From contig JBAROK010000027.1 in assembly GCA_049642065.1 (NCBI GenBank), forward strand, positions 14,398-78,397: a stretch of 64,000 bases of DNA. Reading direction: 5' to 3'. The translations under genes and the position numbers were made by a program. The notes under the pieces are model-generated. The model was not told the origin of the DNA and searched no databases. It saw only the letters and a list, made by a program, of their open reading frames with translations. This document shows positions 18,859 through 28,700 of this stretch, piece by piece. Position 1 is the stretch's first letter. Each line of letters begins with the position of its first letter. The stretch is from Candidatus Omnitrophota bacterium. Its GTDB lineage: Bacteria > Omnitrophota > Gorgyraeia > Tantalellales > Tantalellaceae.

Positions 18859-20286
18859 ATGGCAAAAAATAGACGAGAGATCATAAAAGCTGCGGAAGAA
18901 AGAGTCGAGGATTTTCGCAGGTTCCAGAAAGAAGGACTTATCTGCCTTGATGGGGACTTCTTCCCTTCCGTGCATTATCCCCCCATCACAATGTATCCGC
19001 CAATAAGCGAAGAAACGCTGTTCAATGGGTACGAAAACCCTCCTGATGGATTGTTCGATCTGTACGCGCATCTTCCCTTCTGTATACAACATTGCACGTT
19101 CTGCCACTACCCCGTCAAGATCGGAGAACTTACCGAAGAAAAAGACCGTTATCTTGACGCTCTTGAAAAAGAGATGAATATTTATATGGACCGTCTCGGT
19201 CTTGATAAGATAAAAGCTCGGTCCATACTTATCGGTGGCGGTACGCCGACTTACCTAAGCCCGGCACAACTTGAAAGGTTCTTGAAATTCTTCACTTCCA
19301 GGCTTGACACGAGTTCTCTTACCCAATTTACTTATGATGTTGATCCCCCTACGCTGCTCGGCCCCGAAGGCGCCCAGCGGCTTAAAATTATGCGGGATTA
19401 CGGTGTGGATCGGCTCACCATAGGAGTACAGTCACTTGATGATAATACCCTGGAAATAATGAACCGTCCTCATACCGCCAAGGAAGCGTTAGACTCCATA
19501 GAGGCATCCAGAAAAGCGGGTTTCACTAACAACATAGAATTTATTTTCGGTTATGCCGGCCAGACCCCGGACAACTGGGCTGATGTAATGGAAAAAGTCG
19601 TCAAACTGGACACCGAAGAAGTGCAGCTATACCGTCTCAAGATCATACCCTACGGTGATTTTGAGGGCCCTATCCAGAAAAAATATATTTCTGAGCCCGG
19701 GACTTTTCCTTCGCCGGAAGAGGCGATCAAGATGAAACAGATAGCAATATCCATCCTGAACGAGAACGGGTATACCGAGAACCTTCGAAGAGTTTTTACT
19801 AAAAAAGCTGAAGATTATTCTCATTATGCGGATAACCAGTGCTGTAAACTGCGCGATGAAATAGGTTTTGGGCTTACCGCGTTCAGCAGCTTACGTGACC
19901 GGTTTGGCCTTAACACCCAGAATTTCAAAGAATATTACGATGCTATCGAAAAAGGCAAGCTTCCGTTAAATCGTGGTCTCGTGAGGACAAAAGACGATCA
20001 GATGAGGTGGGCTTTGGTGCTTTCCTTGAAAAACCGGGAAGTGTATAAAAAACTCTATGAACTGAGAACAGGGACTTCTCTTGAGACGGTTTTCCGTAAG
20101 AAAATAGAAAAACTGAAAGATGCCGGCTTATTATACGAAGATGATAAGATCCTGAAGTTAACTACTCTCGGTGCTTTTTTCGCTGACGAAGTCTGCGAAC
20201 AGTTCCACCACCCCGACTATATGCCTTTCCCGAAAGATGCTTACGCGCACGGGAAACTTTACCCCTACGACGACCCCGAACCCTAA
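18859..20286 (+). CDS. Radical SAM protein, HemN/HemW-like (coproporphyrinogen dehydrogenase-like) with an N-terminal extension
   Basis: CX3CX2C motif CIQHCTFC, a GGGTP motif and a HemN-C-like C-terminal domain. Confidence 0.7.
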   Translation: MAKNRREIIKAAEERVEDFRRFQKEGLICLDGDFFPSVHYPPITMYPPISEETLFNGYENPPDGLFDLYAHLPFCIQHCTFCHYPVKIGELTEEKDRYLDALEKEMNIYMDRLGLDKIKARSILIGGGTPTYLSPAQLERFLKFFTSRLDTSSLTQFTYDVDPPTLLGPEGAQRLKIMRDYGVDRLTIGVQSLDDNTLEIMNRPHTAKEALDSIEASRKAGFTNNIEFIFGYAGQTPDNWADVMEKVVKLDTEEVQLYRLKIIPYGDFEGPIQKKYISEPGTFPSPEEAIKMKQIAISILNENGYTENLRRVFTKKAEDYSHYADNQCCKLRDEIGFGLTAFSSLRDRFGLNTQNFKEYYDAIEKGKLPLNRGLVRTKDDQMRWALVLSLKNREVYKKLYELRTGTSLETVFRKKIEKLKDAGLLYEDDKILKLTTLGAFFADEVCEQFHHPDYMPFPKDAYAHGKLYPYDDPEP

Positions 20287-21725
20287 GGTAATATTTCTAT
20301 TGTTACAGGATTTGACCTTACGATCTCAATGATAGGCTCTCCGCCTTCTATTGAGGTCATCGTCCTTCTGGCAATGATAAGCTTATATTTACCGGGTATG
20401 GTATCGAAACAATAGAGCGTGGCTCCCGACGGGCTCGTTACAGCAGTAAACCCTGCTCCGTCATAGAGCATCTTACCGGTACGCGGATCCTCCCACGTTC
20501 GTTTCTGTATCTTCCACTTCGTCTGCGTTCCGACCGGTTCGGCGAAAAACTTCTTTCCTTCTGTCTCTTCGGCAAAATATATCTGAGTTACCGGGATCCC
20601 GTCTTCATGGGTTATTTCCGGTATGACACTAATACTAAAGACCCTTCCCGTTTTTTGACGTTCCCCGGCATCTAGGGGGCTGTCTTTGAGCCAAAACCTT
20701 TCGCCGTCTTCGGGCAAGTTCCTATAATCAGCTTTTATCTTGATAGTATCGCCGACACGATACGTTTCTTTGTCAGACGAAATGACAATACCGGGCTGCG
20801 TTGTCTTATCTTCCGGTTTCTCAAAAACAAGAAAGAACATCTCATTCGCATAAAACATCTTAACCTTCTCGGACATTGACTTATAAGCTTCTAGTTTCTC
20901 GAATTCCTGAACATCCATAGCGTGCTCTTTATCGGAGTATATTTTATGATCTTCTTTCAGTTTAAACCCCATATCTTCATAATTTTTCTTAACCAGCGCT
21001 ACGTCTTTCGCAGCAACAAAAGGCTGCAGTTCCCCTAAAGTCCTGGTATAAAAATCATTTTTCCTGATAATCTCCGAATCGAACATATCTATCACAATAA
21101 GTTTACCGCCCGGTTTAAGAGCCCTGTAAATACTTTTGACCAGCCTGCGCGATATTCGCATCATTGTGACTTTCTGTGAATACTCATTAAAACTCTCTGA
21201 CTCTACGTCTTCCGCTTCAGCAAGCAGTATTCCCATCTGGCAAAGGAAAACAGCGTCGAGCGTATTAGACGGCATGCCTATATCATCTTCAAGAGACCGC
21301 ATCATCCTCACGTTAGCGTAGGGATTCTCACCCGTGTTGGCGATACGGCGAGCGAAATAGTCATTAAGATCCGGGTAATAATCGCTATCTACGTCGATCG
21401 CGTAGACTTTACCTTCCTTCCCTACCGCCTGGGCAAGATGAAACGTCCAGTACCCCGGTCCCGGCCCCACATCGGCCACGACATCTCCGGTTTTCAATTT
21501 CATAAGTTTTATAGCTTCATCGGGATAATACAAAAGGTCCCTCTCCGGCAGCACCATGCTTTCCCAGGGAAAATCGGGATCTCCGTAGGACTTTTCCTCA
21601 TCCACAGCGTTCGCTGAGACGCTTAAAAACGTGAATACCAGCGCAATAAAGCATATTTTAAGAAAAAGGTGTTTACCTGTATAAACTATCGATCTCATGC
21701 CATCCTCCTTGAAAAAATTATACAT
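20283..21725 (-). CDS. Secreted class I SAM-dependent methyltransferase with a C-terminal ~230-aa domain of unknown function
   Basis: N-terminal signal peptide, MTase motif I VADVGPGPGYW, a post-motif acidic residue, and a beta-rich C-terminal extension. Confidence 0.55.
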   Translation of the reverse strand: MYNFFKEDGMRSIVYTGKHLFLKICFIALVFTFLSVSANAVDEEKSYGDPDFPWESMVLPERDLLYYPDEAIKLMKLKTGDVVADVGPGPGYWTFHLAQAVGKEGKVYAIDVDSDYYPDLNDYFARRIANTGENPYANVRMMRSLEDDIGMPSNTLDAVFLCQMGILLAEAEDVESESFNEYSQKVTMMRISRRLVKSIYRALKPGGKLIVIDMFDSEIIRKNDFYTRTLGELQPFVAAKDVALVKKNYEDMGFKLKEDHKIYSDKEHAMDVQEFEKLEAYKSMSEKVKMFYANEMFFLVFEKPEDKTTQPGIVISSDKETYRVGDTIKIKADYRNLPEDGERFWLKDSPLDAGERQKTGRVFSISVIPEITHEDGIPVTQIYFAEETEGKKFFAEPVGTQTKWKIQKRTWEDPRTGKMLYDGAGFTAVTSPSGATLYCFDTIPGKYKLIIARRTMTSIEGGEPIIEIVRSNPVTIEILP

Positions 21726-21819
21726 TCTTCCTATTATGTAGATGATATACTATATAGCTTATATATACAACACAGAATTTATATTGCTGTCGGGCAATAG
21801 TTATGATAGATTAATTCGC

Positions 21820-22872
21820 ATGTTTAAACAACTTAAGAAAGATATAGATAAAGGGTTGAAAGACCTTGCCGCGGAACTAAAGGCCGAGCTACCCCACAGT
21901 CTTCTCTATAAAGGGATCAAAGATTTTATCCTTAGAGACGGCAAAAGGATACGCCCTATCCTTTTCCTGCTCGGATACAAGGGATACACAAAACGCACAG
22001 GTATCTCCCATAAAAAACTTATCAGAAGCTCTCTCTCTACGGAGCTTCTGCACGACTTCCTTTTGATACATGATGACGTTATTGACAATTCTGATCTTAG
22101 GCGCGGCAAACCTACACTGCATCGCCTGTTCAACAGTGAACTCGGGAAACCTGCCAGAGATAAACTCGGACCGAACTTAAGTATTGTTGCAGGAGACATA
22201 ATTTTTGCGTTAGCTACAGATGCCCTCTTGTCGCTCGATGAATCCGCCGCACGCAAAGAAAAAGCTCTACTAAAGTTCACCGAAGCAGCCCGCAATACGG
22301 GTATCGGAGAATTTCTTGATGTTATCGACAACATCAAGAAAATAGAAAAGATCAAGAAAAAGGACGTTTTTCTTACTTATACATTAAAAACAGCGAAATA
22401 CACTTTTGAAGCGCCGCTGGTCATGGGCGCTATATTGGCAGGCGCTTCGAAACGCGAACAGGAAAAACTCTCAAGGATGGGTATCGCTTTAGGTCAGGCT
22501 TTCCAGATATATGATGATTTGCTTGACGTGTTTTCAACGAGCAAAAAAATAGGTAAACCCGTGCTTTCGGACCTTAACGAATCCAAGAAAACCCTTCTAG
22601 TATGGAGAGCTTATACAACTCTTAAGGGTAAAGACAAAAAGGCCCTTAAACAGCTCCTGGAAAAGGACAAGAAAACCTACCCGGACCTCTTAAAGTTCAG
22701 GAAACTGATAAAACTTTCCGGGGCTGACAGGTATTGCATAGACAAAACCCTCTCCCTTCTTCTTGAAGCCGGATCTATATGTTCCAGTCTCACTATGCGG
22801 GGTAGATCCAAAAAAACCTTAAGGCAGTTTATCCGGGATTTTTATTCAAAGACCGTTACTTTAAAACAATAA
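21820..22872 (+). CDS. Polyprenyl diphosphate synthase (trans-isoprenyl diphosphate synthase family)
   Basis: First aspartate-rich motif LIHDDVIDNSDLRRGKPT and second motif FQIYDDLLD. The start was set at the first ATG (MFKQLKK) inside a longer ORF-track frame. Confidence 0.8.
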   Translation: MFKQLKKDIDKGLKDLAAELKAELPHSLLYKGIKDFILRDGKRIRPILFLLGYKGYTKRTGISHKKLIRSSLSTELLHDFLLIHDDVIDNSDLRRGKPTLHRLFNSELGKPARDKLGPNLSIVAGDIIFALATDALLSLDESAARKEKALLKFTEAARNTGIGEFLDVIDNIKKIEKIKKKDVFLTYTLKTAKYTFEAPLVMGAILAGASKREQEKLSRMGIALGQAFQIYDDLLDVFSTSKKIGKPVLSDLNESKKTLLVWRAYTTLKGKDKKALKQLLEKDKKTYPDLLKFRKLIKLSGADRYCIDKTLSLLLEAGSICSSLTMRGRSKKTLRQFIRDFYSKTVTLKQ

Positions 22873-22894
22873 ACACCGTTACCCAAGAGTCACT

Positions 22895-23743
22895 ATGGAA
22901 ATAAATATAGCAAAAAGTTCAGGTTTCTGTTTCGGCGTAAGGCGTGCTATAGATATGAGCCTTGATCTTGCTCGAAGAAAAAAACCGGTCTATATACTTG
23001 GGGATATAGTTCATAACGATTTTGTCGTGCAGAGGCTGGCTGAAAAAGGCATTAAAAAAATCAGCCGTATAAGAAAGCCCAGCAAAAATTCTGTCCTTAT
23101 CGTAAGAGCGCATGGCGCGCCTAAAAAAACGTTTACCAGCGCCAAAAGATCCGGGTTCAAGGTAGTCGACGCTACCTGCCCTATGGTAAAAGATATATAC
23201 AAGATCGGCAGGAAACTGGAAAAAACGAATAAGATCATCATAATCGGTGATGCCGGCCATGATGAAGTCAAAGGGATAGCCGGGCAGCTAAAGAAAAAAC
23301 CCGTGATCATCGAATCGTCCCGTACTCTATCGATAAAAAAGTTGGCGCGTGTCAAAAAAGCTGCGGTAATAACCCAATCCACTCAGACCATTGACAATAT
23401 AAATAGCATAATGAAAAAACTTGAAGAGATCATCCCGATAGTTGAACTTCACAATACTACCTGCCGGACTACTATAGTTAAACAGCAGGAGATCAAGTCA
23501 CTGCCTGATAAGAACGACGTTATCCTGATCGTTGGTTCCCGCTCAAGCGCTAATACGAAAAGGCTTTATCAGATAGCAAGGAAAATAAAGAAAAAGACGT
23601 ATTGGATAGCCTCAGAAAAAGATATCAAAACAAGCTGGTTCAAAAACGCTAAAAAGGTCGGGATAATGGCCGGTGCTTCTACCCCGGATGAGATCATCCG
23701 GGGTATAGTCAAAAAACTCAAAAAAATCGACAGCAAAAAATAA
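22895..23743 (+). CDS. ispH: 4-hydroxy-3-methylbut-2-enyl diphosphate reductase
   Basis: MEINIAKSSGFCFGVRRAIDMS, conserved Cys residues of the LytB/IspH fold, 282 aa. Confidence 0.9.
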   Translation: MEINIAKSSGFCFGVRRAIDMSLDLARRKKPVYILGDIVHNDFVVQRLAEKGIKKISRIRKPSKNSVLIVRAHGAPKKTFTSAKRSGFKVVDATCPMVKDIYKIGRKLEKTNKIIIIGDAGHDEVKGIAGQLKKKPVIIESSRTLSIKKLARVKKAAVITQSTQTIDNINSIMKKLEEIIPIVELHNTTCRTTIVKQQEIKSLPDKNDVILIVGSRSSANTKRLYQIARKIKKKTYWIASEKDIKTSWFKNAKKVGIMAGASTPDEIIRGIVKKLKKIDSKK

Positions 23744-23748
23744 CCAAC

Positions 23749-24306
23749 ATGTACCTATTAATAGACAACTACGACTCGTTCACTTATAACATCTACCAGG
23801 CTTTCGCCGAACAGGGCAAGAGCCTCCTAGTAAAAAGAAACGACCAGATCGATATAAACGAGATCGAAGCCTTGCGTCCCGACAAAATAATCATATCTCC
23901 GGGCCCTAAAACACCCGAAGAAGCCGGAATATCTAACGAGATAATAAAAAAGTTTGCAGGCAATATCCCCATACTGGGAATATGCCTGGGCCATCAGTGT
24001 ATAGTTCAAGCTTTTGGCGGGAAGATCTCCCGCGTGCCAAAAATAGTGCATGGAAAAACTTCGACTATCCATCACGACGGGAAAGGCGTTTTCAGGGGTA
24101 TACCTACTCCCTTCCTGGGAGCACGCTATCATTCGCTTGAAACAGTTGATATACCGGCGTGCCTGGAGATCACCGCACGCACCGAAGACGATGTCGTTAT
24201 GGGCGTCCGGCATATTGAGCTTGCCGTAGAAGGAGTGCAGTTCCATCCGGAATCGTTCCTTACGGAAAACGGCCGGGATATGATAATAAACTTTATAGAA
24301 ACGTAA
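23749..24306 (+). CDS. pabA: Glutamine amidotransferase subunit of aminodeoxychorismate/anthranilate synthase (class I GATase)
   Basis: MYLLIDNYDSFTYNIYQ, catalytic GICLGHQ and the HPES motif. Confidence 0.75.
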   Translation: MYLLIDNYDSFTYNIYQAFAEQGKSLLVKRNDQIDINEIEALRPDKIIISPGPKTPEEAGISNEIIKKFAGNIPILGICLGHQCIVQAFGGKISRVPKIVHGKTSTIHHDGKGVFRGIPTPFLGARYHSLETVDIPACLEITARTEDDVVMGVRHIELAVEGVQFHPESFLTENGRDMIINFIET

Positions 24307-24308
24307 AA

Positions 24309-25727
24309 ATGGAAAAATACTTACCAAAAATAAACAGATCGCCCGTTATTGAAAAGGTTAAACTGACCTCTTCGATAGAATCAGTGTTCGGTTGTTTCTC
24401 GGAACTAGCCGATGCAGCCTTTCTGAACAGTTCGTTAGAAACAGATGCGGGCAGGTATTCTTTCATAGGCATAGATCCCTTTCTTACATTGCGGGGCAAA
24501 GGGAAAGAACTCCAGATGAACTTTAACGGTCATACTTTTCTCTCTAAAGAAGACCCTTTTAAATGTCTTGAATCTATCATTAGAACATACAAGGTAGATA
24601 ACCCTACTTCCCTGCCCTTTATCTCCGGCGGGATCGGGTACCTTTCCTATGACCTTAAGGATGCTATAGAAACCCTTCCGCAAAAAGCAAAAGACGACCT
24701 AAAGTTGCCCGATATTTACTTCGCGTTCTACAGAACGCTCTTTATCCACGATAAAAAGGATCCCGGACATCTATATATATCGATCACTACTGATGGTTCC
24801 GATACTTCACGCTCTATCAGTGAATATAAAAAGATCATAGAGAATATACCTGAAGTGCATAACGCTTTTGAAACGCCTGAATCCTATACTCCCGAACTCC
24901 GGCCGGAAATATCTAAAACGGATTACATGGATTCTGTAAAAAAAGTCCTGGATTATATACGTGCCGGCGATATTTACCAGGTATGCCTGTCACAACGGTT
25001 TCGAGCTGGATGGCCTTTTGCCCCCTACGAGCTATATCGCAAACTTAATGATATCAACCCGGCGCCCTTTAGCGCTTATTTAAATTTTAATGACGGTAAA
25101 ATCATCTCTTCATCGCCTGAAAGATTCCTTCATGTGGCAGATAACATTATTGAAACTCGGCCGATGAAAGGTACGCGACCCAGAAGCGCAGAAGCCGATA
25201 AAGATGCCGCACTGAAGGAACAGCTGCGAACAAGCATTAAGGACGACGCGGAATTATCAATGATAGTGGACCTTGAAAGAAACGATCTGGGCAAGGTTTC
25301 AGTTCCCGGTTCTGTAGAGGTCGTGGAACATAGAAGACTGGAGACCTACCCCACCGTATTCCAGACCATATCCATAGTCAAAGGAACCATCGAAAGAGAT
25401 ACCAGTATGATCGATGTCATCAAAGCGTCCTTCCCGGGCGGTTCTATTACCGGATGCCCCAAAATACGCGCTATGAAAATAATAGACGAACTTGAACCGA
25501 CCACAAGAAGCGCGTATACCGGATCCATAGGATACCTTAGCTTTCATGAGACAATGGACCTCAATATAGCTATACGCACAATGATCATCAAAGAAAATGA
25601 CGTTTATTTCCAGGTAGGTGGCGGTATAGTGGCTGATTCAGATCCCTCGGAAGAATACGAAGAAACTATTCATAAAGCACGTGCGATGATGGAGAGTCTT
25701 AAAGCTTGCGAGATGAGACTTGTTTAG
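24309..25727 (+). CDS. pabB: Aminodeoxychorismate synthase component I (chorismate-binding enzyme; could alternatively be TrpE)
   Basis: Chorismate-binding domain with PGGSITGCPK and SAYTGSIGY motifs. It is translationally coupled to pabA, there are no other trp genes nearby, and folC is present in the window. Confidence 0.7.
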   Translation: MEKYLPKINRSPVIEKVKLTSSIESVFGCFSELADAAFLNSSLETDAGRYSFIGIDPFLTLRGKGKELQMNFNGHTFLSKEDPFKCLESIIRTYKVDNPTSLPFISGGIGYLSYDLKDAIETLPQKAKDDLKLPDIYFAFYRTLFIHDKKDPGHLYISITTDGSDTSRSISEYKKIIENIPEVHNAFETPESYTPELRPEISKTDYMDSVKKVLDYIRAGDIYQVCLSQRFRAGWPFAPYELYRKLNDINPAPFSAYLNFNDGKIISSSPERFLHVADNIIETRPMKGTRPRSAEADKDAALKEQLRTSIKDDAELSMIVDLERNDLGKVSVPGSVEVVEHRRLETYPTVFQTISIVKGTIERDTSMIDVIKASFPGGSITGCPKIRAMKIIDELEPTTRSAYTGSIGYLSFHETMDLNIAIRTMIIKENDVYFQVGGGIVADSDPSEEYEETIHKARAMMESLKACEMRLV

Positions 25728-28700
25728 GCTCTGGCCAGCATGGTTCTTATGCTGTCCATAAGTTCTCTGAGTTCATTTTTGTCGAATTCTGTTGCGTTAG
25801 GTATGAGTCTTATTACCATTAGGCCCTTATCTTTGCCGAAAAGCATAGCGTAATCCTCAGCGGAAAGATCGGCACTAGAGACAACGTTCGGTATCATCTG
25901 GTAATGTTTCTTCAGGGTTGCCTCGTCCCAGTTAAGATACTTACCAACAGCAAAAAGCATTATTTCCAAAAGCGGCAGGTATGCAGATCCGGAAAACTCG
26001 TTATCGTCTACAGCAGCTATTGTAGCCTGCCCTTCAAGACCTTGATAATACTTGGTATTCTCACTTCTTGTTATTACGATGAGGTTCTCCGGGGCGACTT
26101 TACCTTTTGAGGGATCGGTGATATTTGCTACACGGCGGGCAAGTGTGCCTCCTTCACCTTTGATTATCTCAAGGTTCTTGAAAAACCTCTCAAGATCGTC
26201 ATTATTACCTTCGATCGTAGGCAGAACCTTTATGAGTTTTCTTAAAAGGGCATTGATCTCCCCTTCTCCGAGTTCAAGGTCAAGAGCAAGAACTACTTTA
26301 CCGTTTTTCTTCGAAGCAGCTATCAGGGCGTTCACTAAACAAGGGATCGCTTTCCCGGCGTTTGCCAATATTTTCGCGGCTTCTTCCGGCTCTTCCCCGG
26401 TTTGTATCTTCTTCTTGGTAATTGCGGCATTATCAGCGGAACTCTGGTCAAGTGTCTTTGGGGTATTTACCGGTACTTTGAAACCTTCTGAATCGATATA
26501 TTTGATAGGTATGGTTATTTCTTCTTGCGGTTTTTTCTTTTCGCTGTCGTCTTCCCCTATCGCAGCAGCAGCGTATTTGGTTTCTTCGGAATAGTTAGGA
26601 TTGCTAGTTTTCATGCTGTCAATAGCCTCTTTATTGACGTTCTCGTGACGCAACATTCCAAATGCATAGAATATCACCGAGAAAAGGAATACGGCTATGA
26701 CCAGAGCGGTCGTAGGCCATTCCGCACATACCATATGGTTCAATCCGTTACCAAAAACTGTCACAACGATATAGTTGAATATGCTGACCTCTAAAGGAGC
26801 TTTGAATGCGTACCGGAGTTTTCCCCATATCCCTATTTCTTTAGGTGCATCCTTTATGTTAGGTATATGCATTGCAACGAATAGACTGTATACAGCACCC
26901 ATGGTGATCATAACCCATCCTATACCCATTACCCCGGCGGCCATAAGAGATGATAAGATACCAAAAGGTATAAGCGTAAATACACGTTCTTCTGCTCTTG
27001 GGGCCGTTTCCAGCGCATACATCCAGAAAGGAGTATCTGGATCTACCAGTTTCTTCATGAGCTTTAAAGCTCCAGGAGCTTCGGGACCAAAAGTATAGGG
27101 AGCACGGCCCGGTAAAATCGGCGCATTCTTAAGGACTTCCTTATTAATGTTTTCGTGACGTATCTGCGCAAACGCATAGGCTATGACAGTTAAGAAGAAC
27201 ACTGCCGCCACTAAAGCTTCTCCCGGCCATTGTGTCCGGGCTCCGTGTCCTAGAGTACTGCTAAAAACAGAAGTCACTATAAAATTGAACGCTACAATAG
27301 AGAACGGCGCCTTGAAAGCATATATAAGTTTTTCCCATAACCCTGATCCTTCCGGAGCTTTCCAGATATTTAGTGTGTGAAGTACCACAAATAGCGTGTA
27401 TACCGCGGCCATACCTATTATGGCCCAGGTTACCCCTATTGTCCCGGTAGCTATCAGTGTTGCAAATATTACGAACGGTGCGAGGGTAAATACGCGTTCT
27501 TCCACTCTTGGGGCTGTATCACGTGCGTATTCCCAGAAAGAACTGTCCGGATCCACTATTCTCTTGATAAAGTACAGCGCGGCTGAACCTTCTTTTCCGC
27601 CAGTGCTCTTCTTTTCGTCATGCTTGTCGCCTTTAATCGTCTTTTTCTGTCCTGCCTTCCAGAGAAGTTCCTGCGTCAGTTTCCGTCTGAGCTTGTTTAT
27701 CTCTTCAAACCTTTTTCTGTCTTCATGCGTTAACTCTTTTACGCCCAGCATCTCTTCCGGAAGTATTTCCTCTATGGGCTTACGCGCCTTCATCTCTTCT
27801 TCTCTTAGATGAAGCGAGATCCTGTATTTCTCAACAGCGGAGTCCCATTTCTTTATGTAATGTTCAACGATACCGTACGCAAGGTAATATTCCTTTACCT
27901 TGCAGTCCCCTTCCGGGAGAAGTTCTATGGCTTTTGCGAACGCTTCTTCAGCGGAGGAGTAATGATGCCAGAAAAATTCCGCACGACCAAGAGCATAATA
28001 ATCAGAAGCTTCAACGCTTCCGCTCATTTCCTTGCTGTTAACATCATCCCTGATGATCAAAAGTATCAGATATTGCCTTACCTTTAAGAAAGTTGTCGGG
28101 GCTATATCGCAGTATTCCGAGATAAGTTCGTTTACTGCGAGCATCTCTTTCCTGCTCTCTTCGCCGGTGGAACGGGATGCTACTCTCTGTGAAACTTCCT
28201 GAGCTATTTCCTGGAGAGCCTTTGCAAGTTCCTCATATTCTTCATCAACCCAGTTCTTAAGCTTCTTTACCTCCAGCTGCAAGCTGAAACCCCATTCTAA
28301 TTCCTTTAGGATACTGAATACTATGGGACGCAATTCTTCTTTCACCTTAGAAATATCTCCGGTATGGTCGCTGGCATCCAGTCTGAAGATAGCGTCTAGA
28401 ACGTTACGCGTATCCAGTCTAGCTTCGGGCTTGGCTTTTTCATCATCCCCATCTTTCTTTTTGCCATCTTCATCTTTACTCTTGTCGGCTTCCTTTTGGA
28501 AGCCAAACATGAGTTTGATTATCTTCATTATGTACTGCAAAAGATCAAAAGAGATATGTACTGCTCTATAAGCATATTTCATGGCTTTTATAGCGTCTTC
28601 ACGTTTTTGAGGATCGTCAAGGTCATCTTCCGCCTTAGCTCCTTTTTCTTCTTTACCCTCCGTTTTGCTTTTTTGGGCTTGCGGAACGCCGCGAGTCTGC

